IMG/VR virus record: IMGVR_UViG_3300036768_000756 | Coordinates: 4,187 to 68,186 of that record | DNA length: 64,000 nucleotides | Strand: one strand, 5' to 3' | Source: a virus | In this document: in pieces, positions 47,840-58,591 of the stretch | Numbering within the stretch: position 1 is the first letter of the stretch | Layout: every line of letters starts with the position of its first letter | Notes under the pieces: model-generated | Told to the model about the DNA's origin: nothing | Databases searched by the model: none | What the model saw: the letters and a program-made list of their open reading frames with translations, nothing else | Program-made: the position numbers and the translations under genes

Positions 47840-50800
47840 CGCGGCGGTATTCTCCCTGAGCGCGGCGGTATTCTCGGCCTGCGCGCGGATCTGCTCCTCG
47901 AAGCGCTGCTGCTCGATCGCGGCCTGCTCACGGAGCACACGCTCGGATTCGCGGAGCCCTGTCAGCGCCTGCTGCTCCAGGAATCGGCGCTGCGCGCTGC
48001 CCGCCGCGAACTGCCCGGCGAGTTGCAGCAGCTCCGTGCTTCGCTGCTCGACGATGCGCGCCCGGTCGATCGCAGCCACGCCCGACGCCTGACGCAGCGC
48101 GGCGAGCGCCTGCTGCTGCTCCTGCAGGATTGTCGCGCGCTGCGCCGCCGGGCTCATGCGCGCAAGCTCAATCTGCCGGATGCGCTCCCGCTGGCGATCG
48201 GCCTCCGCGAGTAACGCCTGAGCACGCGCGGGGCCCTGCAGCGCATCGAGTATGGCGCGGAGCTGCGGCGGAATAAGCTGCAGCCCGCGCGCGAAGTCGA
48301 AGAGAGCCTGCGTCGCAGAGCGCACGGCCTCCGCGTCACCCGCCTGAATCGCAGCGAACACGTCGCCCACGACGCGCCGCATCTGGTCGGTGATGCCGGC
48401 GAGCGACACGTCGGCGATCGCATCGGTGAGCACCTGGCCGATGCGCTCCGCAAATGCCGTCTGCGCATCGCGGAGCTGGTCGTCTGGAGTGATGGCTAGC
48501 GCACGGATGGCACCGGCGAGCCCTTCCGCGGCGCGCGCCCCAGCCTGCGAGACCTGGTCGAGCTGCTGAATCAGCCGCCGCAAGTCAAGGCTCTGGCTTG
48601 CCGCATCGAGCTGTCGCATCGCGATGCGTGCGACGTCGAATCCGGGCGGCAACTCGTCCCCAAAGAGCCGCGCAATCTCTGCGACCGCGACCTCCAGTTG
48701 CGACGCGGAAAGCTGCCCGCGCTCGAACTGGTCGTGCACCGCGACGAGCGCGCCGCGGAAGTCAATGCCGGCTGCCTGTGCGGCGCGAAGCAGCCACTCC
48801 TCTGCCTCGCGCGCGCCGCGCCCGAGGGCGAGCGTCATGTTCGCGATCGTATTACCCAGCGCCGCTGGGTCCGCGAGTCCCATCGCCCGCCCGAACACCA
48901 TTGCAGGCACCTGCACGGCCGCTTGCACCGCGCCGATCTCTTGCGCAGGCCGCCGCTCGATGGCCGCAATGAGTCCGGCAAGATTCCCCCGATCTCGCAT
49001 TCCAATAAGCCGCTCCACGTCGCGCCCGATCACCGTGTCCGCTAGCCGCGGCCCCTCAACGATACGGCCGGACTCGTCGCGGAATACGATTCGGCGCGAA
49101 AGTCCGGCCTTCTCCATCACTGTCTCGATCGCGCGCAGTGCACGGTCCTCTGCCGTAGTCTGCGAGGCCCCGAACAGCGACGTGAGCGCGCCGAGAAGTC
49201 CGCCGATCGCCGCGCCGATCGCGGTTCCGATGCCGGGAATGATGCTGCCAAGCGCCGCGCCTGCTGCAGCACCAGCACCGACACTCAGCACGCTCCGACC
49301 CGCGTCGAACTGCCCAAATCGCGTGGTGCCGGGCCCCGTCGCCATCATGATTGGGCCTGCGATCAGAGCAGCGAGACCTAGGCCACCAGCAGCCGCGCCG
49401 AGTGTGGAGAGCGAGATTCCGAGCGTGGATGCGAGGCTGCTTGCGCCCGTGAGCGTGGCGAGCGTGCCGCCCGTGATGGCGCCAAGCCCAAGCGCACCAG
49501 CGAGTGCTGCGAGCACCGGTGCCGCGGATGCCGAGCCGGACACCATGCCCGCCAGAGCCTGCGCGATCCCGCCCTGCACGAGGGCGCCCGTGATGCCGGC
49601 GCCGAGCCGCGTGAGCACGCCCGCACCTTGGGCTTTGAGTGCGCGCGACTGCTCAGCCAGTGCGGATCCGACAATGTCGGACACCGATACGAGCAGGCTG
49701 TCTCGCAACACGAGCCCGATGTCTCCGACACCGCCGCCTGCGATGCGTGCCGTGACCGCGCGAGAGACCGAGCCGCCGATGATCTCGACCACGTCCACCG
49801 CAGCCGCGCGCGCTCGATCTAGGCCTTCGAGCGTGCGGTCCACCCGCTCGCGGAGAATGCCCATCGTGGCGTCGATCTGCTCCACGCGTGCGGCCCACGC
49901 CTCGACAACCCTCGGGTCGAACACGGTCGGCATGACCTGAGCAAGCTGGATCGCCGTCTCTAGCCGCTCGCGCTCGGCCTGTAGTAGCGACTCCTCAACG
50001 CGGAGCTGCTCCTCCATCGCTTGCCGGACTGCGGCCATTGCCGCGCGCTGCTCCTCGGGCCCCATCGTCTGCGCGCGCTCCAAGAGCGCCCGGGCGCGCT
50101 CGACGTGCGCAGCCGCGATCTCACGTGCGGTCTCAGCCCGGGTCCGGTCTGCCTGCGAGATCACATCCGTGACCTGCTCCCATTGCACGCGCAGGTCTTC
50201 TGCGGCTTTGGCCGCATCGGTAGACCGCACGCGAATTGCAGAGAGCGCATCGGCAAACCGGCTCGTGTCTTGCGCCGCCTCGGCTGCCGCCGCGCCAGTG
50301 CGCTGGATGCTGGCTGCTACCGCTTCGGGGATCGGCGACATCGGCGCGGCTGGCGTGAATGGCGGTGGCTCTGTCAGCGCCGGCTGTACCGGCTGCGCCG
50401 CGCCTGGCTGCATGCCGCCGCCGGGCAGAAACAACGCCAACGGCGCGCTAATCCCGAGACCGCTGAGCCCGCCCACGAGCGCGCCAGCAGGCCCACCAAA
50501 CAAACCGCCGAGCAGCGCGCCTGTTAGGGACCCGCCGCCCAGTATGGCCAGGGAGCCAATTGCCGGACTCGACAGGGCCGCGCTGATTCGCTCGGCGGCA
50601 ATCATTACCTTGCCGAGCGCCATGGCGAGGTTCTCCGCCGCAGCGACTGCACGTTCGAGGCCCGCAACGATGCTCTGCGGATCTTGCGCGATCTGGCTAG
50701 CTACACCGCGCACGGCTTCCGCAACCCGCCCGAGCGCGCGTGCAAGCACCTCGTCGATGCGGCCGCGCTCGCCAGTCACCGCCTGCGAGATTGCGTCCGC

Positions 50801-51574
50801 CAAGGTGAAGAACGCATCGCGGATTTGTGCGAGCGCGCCCGTCACCGCCGTGGATCGTGTCACGATAGCACCGATCTGCTCCAGTGCCTCGGCGATCGCG
50901 CCGCGCACCTGCGCCATTCTGCCCCCGAACGTGGACGCCTCGGCTTCTGCCTGCCCCATTGTGCGCCGCCAGGCATCGATGACCTGCGACCATTTTTCCT
51001 GCGCACTCGCACCCTCGTCGGCGCGGAGCCTCAGTGTGCGGAGTAGCCCATCGAGCCGGCCACCAAGCGCACCGCCCACGAGCTCGGCCATCGCGTCGAT
51101 GGACATGTCATATGCCGATGCGAGATCGAGCACCATGCGCGTGAGCGGCTCGATCTGCTGCCTCTGCGCGCCGAACTGGACCAGGAGCCGCTGGACGTTG
51201 TTCACCGCCTCGTCGCCGTGAACCGTTAGCCGTTGGTACGCCGCGGCCTGTGCCTGCAGCTCGCGGAGATAATCCGCGCTCGCCTGGCCCGTCGCGCGCA
51301 ACGTTGCGGCGAGCCGGGCAGTAGCCCGGTCTTGCTCGTCGGCTGCGGCGATTGTGGCCCGAAGCGCGCTCGTCACCACGCCGGAGACGCGCCCGAGTAG
51401 CTCCCATGCCTGGTTCGCGACAATGACGCCCCTGGCGAGACGGCTGAACGATCCCTCGGCAGCCGTAGTCGTGCCGGATAGCCGCTCGATCGCCTGGCGC
51501 GTGCTCTCGACCACACGCACCGCACCGTCGTCTTCGATGCGAAGTCGGATCGAAATGTCAGAGATCGGCGGCAT
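47780..51574 (-). CDS. Tail tape measure protein (copy 2)
   Basis: Homologue of 14084-17851. Confidence 0.9.
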   Translation of the reverse strand: MPPISDISIRLRIEDDGAVRVVESTRQAIERLSGTTTAAEGSFSRLARGVIVANQAWELLGRVSGVVTSALRATIAAADEQDRATARLAATLRATGQASADYLRELQAQAAAYQRLTVHGDEAVNNVQRLLVQFGAQRQQIEPLTRMVLDLASAYDMSIDAMAELVGGALGGRLDGLLRTLRLRADEGASAQEKWSQVIDAWRRTMGQAEAEASTFGGRMAQVRGAIAEALEQIGAIVTRSTAVTGALAQIRDAFFTLADAISQAVTGERGRIDEVLARALGRVAEAVRGVASQIAQDPQSIVAGLERAVAAAENLAMALGKVMIAAERISAALSSPAIGSLAILGGGSLTGALLGGLFGGPAGALVGGLSGLGISAPLALFLPGGGMQPGAAQPVQPALTEPPPFTPAAPMSPIPEAVAASIQRTGAAAAEAAQDTSRFADALSAIRVRSTDAAKAAEDLRVQWEQVTDVISQADRTRAETAREIAAAHVERARALLERAQTMGPEEQRAAMAAVRQAMEEQLRVEESLLQAERERLETAIQLAQVMPTVFDPRVVEAWAARVEQIDATMGILRERVDRTLEGLDRARAAAVDVVEIIGGSVSRAVTARIAGGGVGDIGLVLRDSLLVSVSDIVGSALAEQSRALKAQGAGVLTRLGAGITGALVQGGIAQALAGMVSGSASAAPVLAALAGALGLGAITGGTLATLTGASSLASTLGISLSTLGAAAGGLGLAALIAGPIMMATGPGTTRFGQFDAGRSVLSVGAGAAAGAALGSIIPGIGTAIGAAIGGLLGALTSLFGASQTTAEDRALRAIETVMEKAGLSRRIVFRDESGRIVEGPRLADTVIGRDVERLIGMRDRGNLAGLIAAIERRPAQEIGAVQAAVQVPAMVFGRAMGLADPAALGNTIANMTLALGRGAREAEEWLLRAAQAAGIDFRGALVAVHDQFERGQLSASQLEVAVAEIARLFGDELPPGFDVARIAMRQLDAASQSLDLRRLIQQLDQVSQAGARAAEGLAGAIRALAITPDDQLRDAQTAFAERIGQVLTDAIADVSLAGITDQMRRVVGDVFAAIQAGDAEAVRSATQALFDFARGLQLIPPQLRAILDALQGPARAQALLAEADRQRERIRQIELARMSPAAQRATILQEQQQALAALRQASGVAAIDRARIVEQRSTELLQLAGQFAAGSAQRRFLEQQALTGLRESERVLREQAAIEQQRFEEQIRAQAENTAALRENTAALRAQLPVRRPGHRTGRATA

Positions 51575-52363
51575 CGTCGTCTCCGTCGAGCAAGGCCAAC
51601 TCCCTCACCGAATAAACGCGGCCGGAACTGCGCGCGCCCGCCACCGCGTGCATGAGCTCGATCACGTCTGCATGCGAGTAGACGCGATCGAGCACGATCA
51701 CGGGTCTGGTCATGGCACGGAGCTCAGCCAGCAGCGCCCCCGTCTGCACGCGCCAATACTCGCGCGTGATGCCCGCATCGTCGCGCCATGCCTTGCCACG
51801 CAGGCATCGCGATGCGAGCTCTGCAAGCGCCCATGCCTCGGCGGGATACCGTTCCCGCCAGCACCCGCCCTCGCACGCCTCGTGCGCGCCGCACTCGTCA
51901 CATGACGTCGGGAGTAGCTGCGATCGGTGTGCTGCTAGGAGCCTGCAGGCGAGCTCGGGGAGCCGAACTTTTTTTTCTCCCACTCCTCCCTGAGCTCTTC
52001 CAGCGCTCGCACCACCGCATCTTGCGCGGACGGCACGGCCAATAGGAGCTCGATCAGCTGCTCCTGCCACGTGGGCGGCACATCGTCGAGGTCCGCGAGC
52101 TCTCGTAGCTGCTGCGGGTCGTGCCCCGAGAAGTCCGCCACCACAGGCGGTGTGGCGATGTCCCGATCCGGCACACCGGACACCAGCGCCTGAATGTACG
52201 CCCGGAGAATGTCGCCCTGTCGCGCGCGCACGCGGTCGAGATACATCGCAATCCGACGCCCGGCATGCACCGTGATGCGACGCACCGTGACACGCCACCC
52301 GGCACATGGCGGCGGAAGCTCCACGACGCGCGTCTCCTGGGCCTCCAGTTTCTCGTACCGCAT
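51558..52363 (-). CDS. Frameshift-extended tail chaperone, gpGT-like (copy 2)
   Basis: A-AAA-AAG site at ~51968-51976. Confidence 0.8.
51935..52363 (-). CDS. Tail assembly chaperone, gpG-like (copy 2)
   Basis: Homologue of 18215-18643. Confidence 0.75.
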   Translation of the reverse strand: MRYEKLEAQETRVVELPPPCAGWRVTVRRITVHAGRRIAMYLDRVRARQGDILRAYIQALVSGVPDRDIATPPVVADFSGHDPQQLRELADLDDVPPTWQEQLIELLLAVPSAQDAVVRALEELREEWEKKKFGSPSSPAGS

Positions 52364-52368
52364 AGCGG

Positions 52369-52545
52369 TCACGTGTCGACGCGCACCCAGACGGGCGAGA
52401 TGCCCTCATCGGAGATGCAGCGGATGCAGTCATACGTGTCGCCATGCACAATCTCCGTGACGCGGTAGTAGAGCTCGCCGTCCGGATCGTACTCCACCCC
52501 GCCGCTAGGTAGGCTGCGGAACCGCACAATGTCACCGACTTGCAT
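52369..52545 (-). CDS. Small hypothetical protein (copy 2, 58 aa)
   Basis: Manual translation; homologue of 18643-18822. Confidence 0.7.
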   Translation of the reverse strand: MQVGDIVRFRSLPSGGVEYDPDGELYYRVTEIVHGDTYDCIRCISDEGISPVWVRVDT

Positions 52546-52548
52546 GGC

Positions 52549-52785
52549 TCACCTCCCGGCCTTGCTCACCTGGTCGACGATCTCTCGCACGCCGATAGCC
52601 GCGAGGCCGCTCAGTGCCGCACCCGTGGTAGTGTCGGCCTGGCCACTGAGCGCGGCGCCGATAGCGCCGATGACCGTGGCCAGGATCGGCACGAGCGGCT
52701 TCGGGATCAGCGGGACCACTCGCCTCACGATAGCCGTGAGGATCGCGGCTGCTGCAGGGATCGCAATCCGCAGAATGTCGTCCAT
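52549..52785 (-). CDS. Holin-like membrane protein (copy 2)
   Basis: Homologue of 18826-19065. Confidence 0.6.
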   Translation of the reverse strand: MDDILRIAIPAAAAILTAIVRRVVPLIPKPLVPILATVIGAIGAALSGQADTTTGAALSGLAAIGVREIVDQVSKAGR

Positions 52786-52795
52786 GGGACACCTC

Positions 52796-54064
52796 CTATT
52801 CGACCCAGATTGCATACTCCGACTCGACGCCGCCAGTGCAGCGGCCCTGAATCGTTTGCATAATGATGTTCTCGCGCTCCGAGTATTCGAGCGTGATCGC
52901 CATCCGCGGGAAGTGGAAGATCCACTTGTTCCCCGTCGCTGAGCCGACATCGATCCGCATGCAGAACTTCGTGCCGGCGAACATCTCGCTGAGCATCGTG
53001 GCATCCGAAATGGCTCGGTTGGGCGTGAAGGAATCCCGATCCACTGCCATTGTCGCGCGCACGACCGGGTTGCGGCCCGTGATAATCGGGCGCAGCGCGC
53101 CTTGCGAGACGGTGGCGTCGTTCACGATCTGCCGCTCGTTCCCCGCATCGAAGCTGAACTCTCGGAGTACGATGGTTTGGCCGCTCGATGTGGCCCCGTC
53201 GAACGAGCCGCCACCGGCTTGCCCGTCGCCCGTGAGAGAGCCGAAACCCGTCGAGTCGTACGCAATGGTGAATTGCGTGGCCGTGGGTGCGCCCGTCACA
53301 AGGTGGCAGCCGTTGACTACCTGCCACGAGCCCGTCAACCCGGTGATCGCCACGAGATGTCCAGTCGAGAGTCCGTGCGCCGCATCCGTCGTGAATGTGG
53401 TCGTAGTGCCCGCCGTGGCTGACGTGAGTCGCACGGGCGTCGTGATGCGAGCAATCCGGAGCGTGATGTTCCGGAATGCGAGCGGACGGATAGTGCCGCC
53501 GGTGTAGCCCGCGATGCTGCTCTCGTCCTGCGTGTCCCAGACGCCCTGACCGTCGAACGTTCCTTCGAGAAACCCTTCGGGCCGGCCCGAGATTGTCAGC
53601 GACCCGACGACGTCGCGTGCGAAGATGCGCGCCTTGCCGTTTTTGGCACCGACGGTGACCGGATGGCATCGCGCCGGCGTCGTGGCGCCGTCGATGAGCT
53701 CTGTCGGTGTCGCAGGGCGGTATATCACCCGCGCCGACTGCGTATGCCGCGCCATACCACTCGCGATGAGCATCGCGTCGATCGCGCTCGCGCCGTTACC
53801 AGTCGCGGAGCCCGCGGTGCCGCTGCCAAACACGGGGAACCGAGCGCGCACATCCGCGAGCTGGGGCCCTACGACTGCGTCGATCGGCGACAACGATCCG
53901 CGGATCACGCTGATCGGAATCAGCTGCGGCCGCGGCTGGATAACCACAGGCTCCAAGAGCGGGAGATCATCGGTTCCGCCTGTACCGTAGGCTGGTGCGC
54001 CTGGGTTGGCCTGCAACTTTGCGACCGCCTGAATAGATTGGCTGATGGTGACCTGCTTGGCCAT
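52796..54064 (-). CDS. Major tail tube protein (copy 2)
   Basis: Homologue of 19079-20347. Confidence 0.7.
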   Translation of the reverse strand: MAKQVTISQSIQAVAKLQANPGAPAYGTGGTDDLPLLEPVVIQPRPQLIPISVIRGSLSPIDAVVGPQLADVRARFPVFGSGTAGSATGNGASAIDAMLIASGMARHTQSARVIYRPATPTELIDGATTPARCHPVTVGAKNGKARIFARDVVGSLTISGRPEGFLEGTFDGQGVWDTQDESSIAGYTGGTIRPLAFRNITLRIARITTPVRLTSATAGTTTTFTTDAAHGLSTGHLVAITGLTGSWQVVNGCHLVTGAPTATQFTIAYDSTGFGSLTGDGQAGGGSFDGATSSGQTIVLREFSFDAGNERQIVNDATVSQGALRPIITGRNPVVRATMAVDRDSFTPNRAISDATMLSEMFAGTKFCMRIDVGSATGNKWIFHFPRMAITLEYSERENIIMQTIQGRCTGGVESEYAIWVE

Positions 54065-54066
54065 GA

Positions 54067-54480
54067 TTACACCTCCGTCCTAATCACGCCCTCGATCGTC
54101 AGCATGTCGCGGTGGTAGAGGATGCGGTACTCTCGCAGCACGAGATATCCGCCATTGTCTGCTCGGATCACTCGCGCCATGAGCGGCGTGGCACCATACT
54201 CGCCGAGCACGCCCATGATCTCCGCGTCGAGGGCTGCAAGCTGCGTGTGGTAATCGAGCTCCGACCAGGGCCCGCGCGGCATCCACTCGATGTCGATGTT
54301 CGCCGCGATGACGGCGGACCGCCCGGCCTGCGGCTCGTACTCGACCTGGTCCATCCAGATAATGCAGTCTCCAGGATCGAGCGCTGTTTCGTCGCGATCG
54401 AACCGCACTCGTGCCGCGATACGAGCGGCGACTACGGCGTCAGCCGCATCATGCAGGATGTCATGCTCCACCGTAGACAC
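54067..54480 (-). CDS. Putative tail terminator (copy 2)
   Basis: Homologue of 20350-20763. Confidence 0.55.
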   Translation of the reverse strand: MSTVEHDILHDAADAVVAARIAARVRFDRDETALDPGDCIIWMDQVEYEPQAGRSAVIAANIDIEWMPRGPWSELDYHTQLAALDAEIMGVLGEYGATPLMARVIRADNGGYLVLREYRILYHRDMLTIEGVIRTEV

Positions 54481-55057
54481 GGGCTGCCTCCTCTGCGACT
54501 CGGGACACGAGCTCGGGCGCAATTTTGCGAAGCGCGGGCCGCGCCGGCACCGTCACCGAGCGCACGAGCCGATAGAGCGGCACGATCGCCTCGCCGCGCC
54601 GCTGAAAGATGATGCCCTTGCGCACGAACGTATTGCGGTACGCCCGCGCGGGCCGCCGTTCCACGCCGGCAGCAGTGAGCGCGGCCGGTAGCGGGATCGC
54701 GATATATTGCCCGCGCCGCGGCCGGATCACCGTCTCGTCTACCGGACGGCCCTGGGCATCGATGCCCTCGTGCACGGCCGCGTAGACGAGAGCCGCGCTC
54801 CCCGCCTCGACACCAACACTGAGCCCAATCGGGCGCCGCTCTACCTGGTAGCCGTACGAGCCCACGAGTCGCCCAGTACGCACGGCCGTCCGCTCTGCCG
54901 TGGTGCCGCCGCGCCGATATCGGAGCACGATGTCTTGCACAGCGCGCCGTCCCTCGCGCTCTAGCGCGCGCGCCATACGCTCCCGCCGCTCAGCGCCGTA
55001 GCCGGTCATCCACCTGAGCGTGTCAGCGATACCACGCGCGGAGACCGAGAGCCTCAT
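54461..55057 (-). CDS. Neck/tail completion protein (copy 2)
   Basis: Homologue of 20744-21340. Confidence 0.75.
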   Translation of the reverse strand: MRLSVSARGIADTLRWMTGYGAERRERMARALEREGRRAVQDIVLRYRRGGTTAERTAVRTGRLVGSYGYQVERRPIGLSVGVEAGSAALVYAAVHEGIDAQGRPVDETVIRPRRGQYIAIPLPAALTAAGVERRPARAYRNTFVRKGIIFQRRGEAIVPLYRLVRSVTVPARPALRKIAPELVSRVAEEAARVYGGA

Positions 55058-55557
55058 GCGCCCCTCCCGAGCTGCTGTCGGAGCACGTCTGGTGGCCCGA
55101 ATGCCTGCTCACCTGCCGCCTCCCGCATCCGGATCCACCGCGCTGCGGAGATGATCGCAGCGCGGATCTCCTTGGGCACGCCGTTAATGTCGGCCGCGAT
55201 GCCAACGCTGGCGGTGATACGGTACCAGCCGGGTGGCCAGTGCCCACCAGCGCGCGTCACTAGCCCCGCTTGCGCATCGACGACGTACGTCGCGGCATCG
55301 ATGGTGGTCCAGGTCTGGGCATCGGTCGAGTACTCGATGGTGACCGAACGCACGGGACGCCCGGGCACGCGGAGCACGTCGAACTCGCCCACGATGTACT
55401 GCGTCTGGACGCGCGACGTGGCGATGATCGTGCGGCCAAGCACGCGCTCGACAAGCTCGGTCGCCTGCGCCGCCAGGCGATGCGCACCGAGGGCATCCTC
55501 GAGGCGCATCCCCAGCGCCTGAGCGAGCTCTGCATCCGTGATCGCGGGCGTGATCAT
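55054..55557 (-). CDS. Head-tail connector (copy 2)
   Basis: Homologue of 21337-21840. Confidence 0.75.
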   Translation of the reverse strand: MITPAITDAELAQALGMRLEDALGAHRLAAQATELVERVLGRTIIATSRVQTQYIVGEFDVLRVPGRPVRSVTIEYSTDAQTWTTIDAATYVVDAQAGLVTRAGGHWPPGWYRITASVGIAADINGVPKEIRAAIISAARWIRMREAAGEQAFGPPDVLRQQLGRGA

Positions 55558-55571
55558 GTCGTGCCCCGATA

Positions 55572-56846
55572 TTATGCCATCTCCAGTACTGCGACCGCCT
55601 CGGGCTCCATGAGTTTGCCGCCCTTCCTAGACCAGATGGCAAAACCCATGTGCGGCGCGTAGCGTTCTCGCAGCGGAATCAGGAGCAGGTCGGATCGGTC
55701 CACGATATAGTACTGGGTCAAGTCGCCAAAGAGCATCGGCCGCTGTCCGGATGCGACCGCGGGAACGAAGCCGCTGCGGAAAATGGGCCTGTCGAACAGG
55801 GTCAATACGTTTTGGCCCGGCATGAAAATCGGCCGCTGGGCGCTGTCCTTGAACCGGAGCATCTGCGCGAGCGCGCTGCGGTGGATCAGCCACACGCCCT
55901 GCTCCGCATACTCTTCGCGCACGGCGGTGTAGAGATTCACCACGTCGTCATAGGTGATCTGTGTCGCCGATCCCGCAGTAACCACAGGCGTGCTCGTATC
56001 GGTGAACACGCCTTGCGGCTTTTGCGAACCGTCTCCGACAATGAACGCCTTGTCCTCGGACAAGGCCTCTTGCCGCGAGATGATATCCGCCAACACGGCC
56101 TCCAGATCCACCTCCGCGTCTTCAATCGTCGCACGAGACGCGACTACGTGGCCTGGCTCCCACGGCCACACGCGAATCTCGCGCCGTTGGAATTGCTGCT
56201 GTAGCGCCGTGCGAGCGGCGACCGGGTCGAGCCCCGCATTGCCCGGCCAGGTGTCCGTGATCTGCCCGGACACGTACTCGCCCGAGGGCGCCACGTATGG
56301 CTCCTGGTATACGTCGCGGCTCGTTCGTCGGACTGTGCAGAGTTGCCTCATCAGGCCCGTGCGTCGCCGTGCGATACGTACCGTCGCAGCAAGCTGTGGC
56401 GGGACCAGCAGATCTTCGCCCGTCGCCGACGGTGGCGCCGCAGTCCACTGGAGTCGCCAGCCGACCCCGCTGTCTCCAGCGGCCAGATAGGTCTGCCGCT
56501 CCGCGGGAGTCAACGCGGCCTCGCCCTGCGAGCACCATGCGCGAAATGCCTCACCCCACGGGCGCACCGGCTCCTGGGGCTGCGCGACGTGCGTGCGCGC
56601 CGGAATCGACGCGGTCAACGTCGCCGCAGGTTGCGGCTGCGTAAGTGCCTCGGCTTGTTGACGGCGCTCCTCATACTGCTTGAGTCGTGCGGCCCGTGCC
56701 TGCGCGGCCTCCATCGCATGATCGAGCTCCGCCACCGCGCGCTCGAACTGCTCGACCGCATCTGCGGGCCATTGTTCCCCGTAGCGCTGGTCGAGCTCGG
56801 CTCGGAGCGCATCTACCTTCGCGACTGCCTCAGCTAGCATGCTCAT
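55572..56846 (-). CDS. Major capsid protein, HK97 fold (copy 2)
   Basis: Homologue of 21855-23129. Confidence 0.95.
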   Translation of the reverse strand: MSMLAEAVAKVDALRAELDQRYGEQWPADAVEQFERAVAELDHAMEAAQARAARLKQYEERRQQAEALTQPQPAATLTASIPARTHVAQPQEPVRPWGEAFRAWCSQGEAALTPAERQTYLAAGDSGVGWRLQWTAAPPSATGEDLLVPPQLAATVRIARRRTGLMRQLCTVRRTSRDVYQEPYVAPSGEYVSGQITDTWPGNAGLDPVAARTALQQQFQRREIRVWPWEPGHVVASRATIEDAEVDLEAVLADIISRQEALSEDKAFIVGDGSQKPQGVFTDTSTPVVTAGSATQITYDDVVNLYTAVREEYAEQGVWLIHRSALAQMLRFKDSAQRPIFMPGQNVLTLFDRPIFRSGFVPAVASGQRPMLFGDLTQYYIVDRSDLLLIPLRERYAPHMGFAIWSRKGGKLMEPEAVAVLEMA

Positions 56847-57447
56847 AGTTACCTCCTCTGACCTTCGTGTGGCGCCACAGCGCCAGTGCCCGCCGCCTGG
56901 CGAGCGTCGTACCGGATGCCGATGCCGAAGCACCGGCGTCGGTTGCGATCTGTTCTGCGATTTGCTCCGCGGCCTCTTGCACTTCGGCCGCGATGAGCTG
57001 CACTCGCGCCTGGGAATTCGCGCCCCATGGCACAAGCGAAATCTCTTGCAGTAGCGCCTGCTCCACAACCCACGTGCCCATCACGTACTGGGCCGTGATC
57101 GGAGCAAAGCCAATCGATGCCTCGCCAATCACGCCTCGCGTCACGAGCTCGGAGAGATCCGCGCCGTCGCGCGTATCGGTAAGCGAGGCCTCGAAGTAGA
57201 GCCCGCGGTCGTCTTGCCGGAGCACGTCCGGGCGCGCAATCGCACGTGTCGCATCGTGATACGCGAGCACGAGAATGCGGTCGCGGACCGCAGGGAGCGT
57301 GAGCGAGCTCGTGAATGCATTGGGAAGCAAAACAACGGGGCCCACCGCCTGGCCGTTGGTGCCCGCCGGCCAGAATGGAGAATTCCATGTCGCTGCGTAC
57401 CCGCCGACTCGGGCCACGATAGATGTCCTCGCGGCGCGATATCGCAC
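56830..57447 (-). CDS. Prohead protease (copy 2)
   Basis: Homologue of 23113-23730. Confidence 0.92.
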   Translation of the reverse strand: MRYRAARTSIVARVGGYAATWNSPFWPAGTNGQAVGPVVLLPNAFTSSLTLPAVRDRILVLAYHDATRAIARPDVLRQDDRGLYFEASLTDTRDGADLSELVTRGVIGEASIGFAPITAQYVMGTWVVEQALLQEISLVPWGANSQARVQLIAAEVQEAAEQIAEQIATDAGASASASGTTLARRRALALWRHTKVRGGNYEHAS

Positions 57448-57462
57448 AACGAGACCGCGTTG

Positions 57463-58236
57463 TCAAGATTTGCCAGTCACCACCGTGCGGCACCGGCAAT
57501 TAGGGTGCGCGGGCGGCTCTTCACTGCGGGCCCATTCGTCATCGAGGCTCTGCACCTCGCGGTCCCGCGGCTCGCAGATGGGGCAGACATGCTCGTCGTC
57601 GGCCGTGATCCACATGATCTGCGCGTTGGGCCGCGCCTCGCGAAGTGTCTCGTGCCGCGAGATATTGACCGCGCGGGCCGCTTCCGTGCGAGCGATCGTG
57701 AGGGCCCGTGAGTATGCCAGCGCCTGCGCGTAGTCGGCTTGCTCTGCGGGGGAGAGTGTCTCCGCCCTGCGTGCAAGTGCCGCCACCTGCCGCGGGTGCA
57801 GCGGCACGATGCGCACGAGCCCATCGCGGAGCGCCTGCGGTGACAGGCCCTGGTCGAGCGCATCTACCACCGCCGACCGGATTTCCGTGCGCGCCTCCTC
57901 GTCGATCGCGGTCACTAGCTCCGCACCACGCCGCTCTGCCCAGTCGATCGCGCGCTGGCTCGGGAGCGCGATACCGCCGCCCAGGTCGACCCGCAGCGAG
58001 CGGATGCCCAGCTTTGCGGCCTTGACGAGCTGCTGCTGCAGGGCCGCAATTCTCATGCGCGACACGCCCGCCCGTTCGAGCTCTCGTCTCAATGCCTCGA
58101 CGTCGCGGGCGGCCAAGGCATCATCGATGCGCTGCATATCCACCCGCTGCAAGAGCACGCGGTCGTAGCTCCCCACGGCGCGCCGGATGGCTCGCTCGAC
58201 GAGGTCGATCGTCTGCCCGACATGCTCGCCCGCCAT
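57463..58236 (-). CDS. gpF-like minor head protein (copy 2)
   Basis: PPAHPNCRC motif. Confidence 0.92.
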   Translation of the reverse strand: MAGEHVGQTIDLVERAIRRAVGSYDRVLLQRVDMQRIDDALAARDVEALRRELERAGVSRMRIAALQQQLVKAAKLGIRSLRVDLGGGIALPSQRAIDWAERRGAELVTAIDEEARTEIRSAVVDALDQGLSPQALRDGLVRIVPLHPRQVAALARRAETLSPAEQADYAQALAYSRALTIARTEAARAVNISRHETLREARPNAQIMWITADDEHVCPICEPRDREVQSLDDEWARSEEPPAHPNCRCRTVVTGKS

Positions 58237-58237
58237 G

Positions 58238-58588
58238 TCATGCCACGGTGACGAGCCCAGCAAGCCCCACGCCGCTTAGGCTGCCGACGGTGAGCTCGAC
58301 GCGGTAGAACCACCGGCCTGCAGGGATCGTCGCAAGCGCTGCGCTGCCCCATTCCGCCTGCGGCGGGTCGGCTGAGACATTTGCCGGGAGCGCTGTCCCG
58401 GACCCGCCCACGCTCGCGGAGCAGATGAGCACGGCGCTGTCGATTGCGACGGCCTCGCCTGCATCGTCTCGCACCGCGATCACGAGCGAGCCAGGGGCGC
58501 TCCGGTGCATGACTAGTGCTCGCCACTCTGGCGGCTCGCCGCGCAACGCTGACATCGGAATTTCAATCACTCCAGGTCGCGCGCGCAT
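58238..58588 (-). CDS. Adaptor-like structural protein (copy 2)
   Basis: Homologue of 24521-24871. Confidence 0.55.
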   Translation of the reverse strand: MRARPGVIEIPMSALRGEPPEWRALVMHRSAPGSLVIAVRDDAGEAVAIDSAVLICSASVGGSGTALPANVSADPPQAEWGSAALATIPAGRWFYRVELTVGSLSGVGLAGLVTVA

Positions 58589-58591
58589 GGC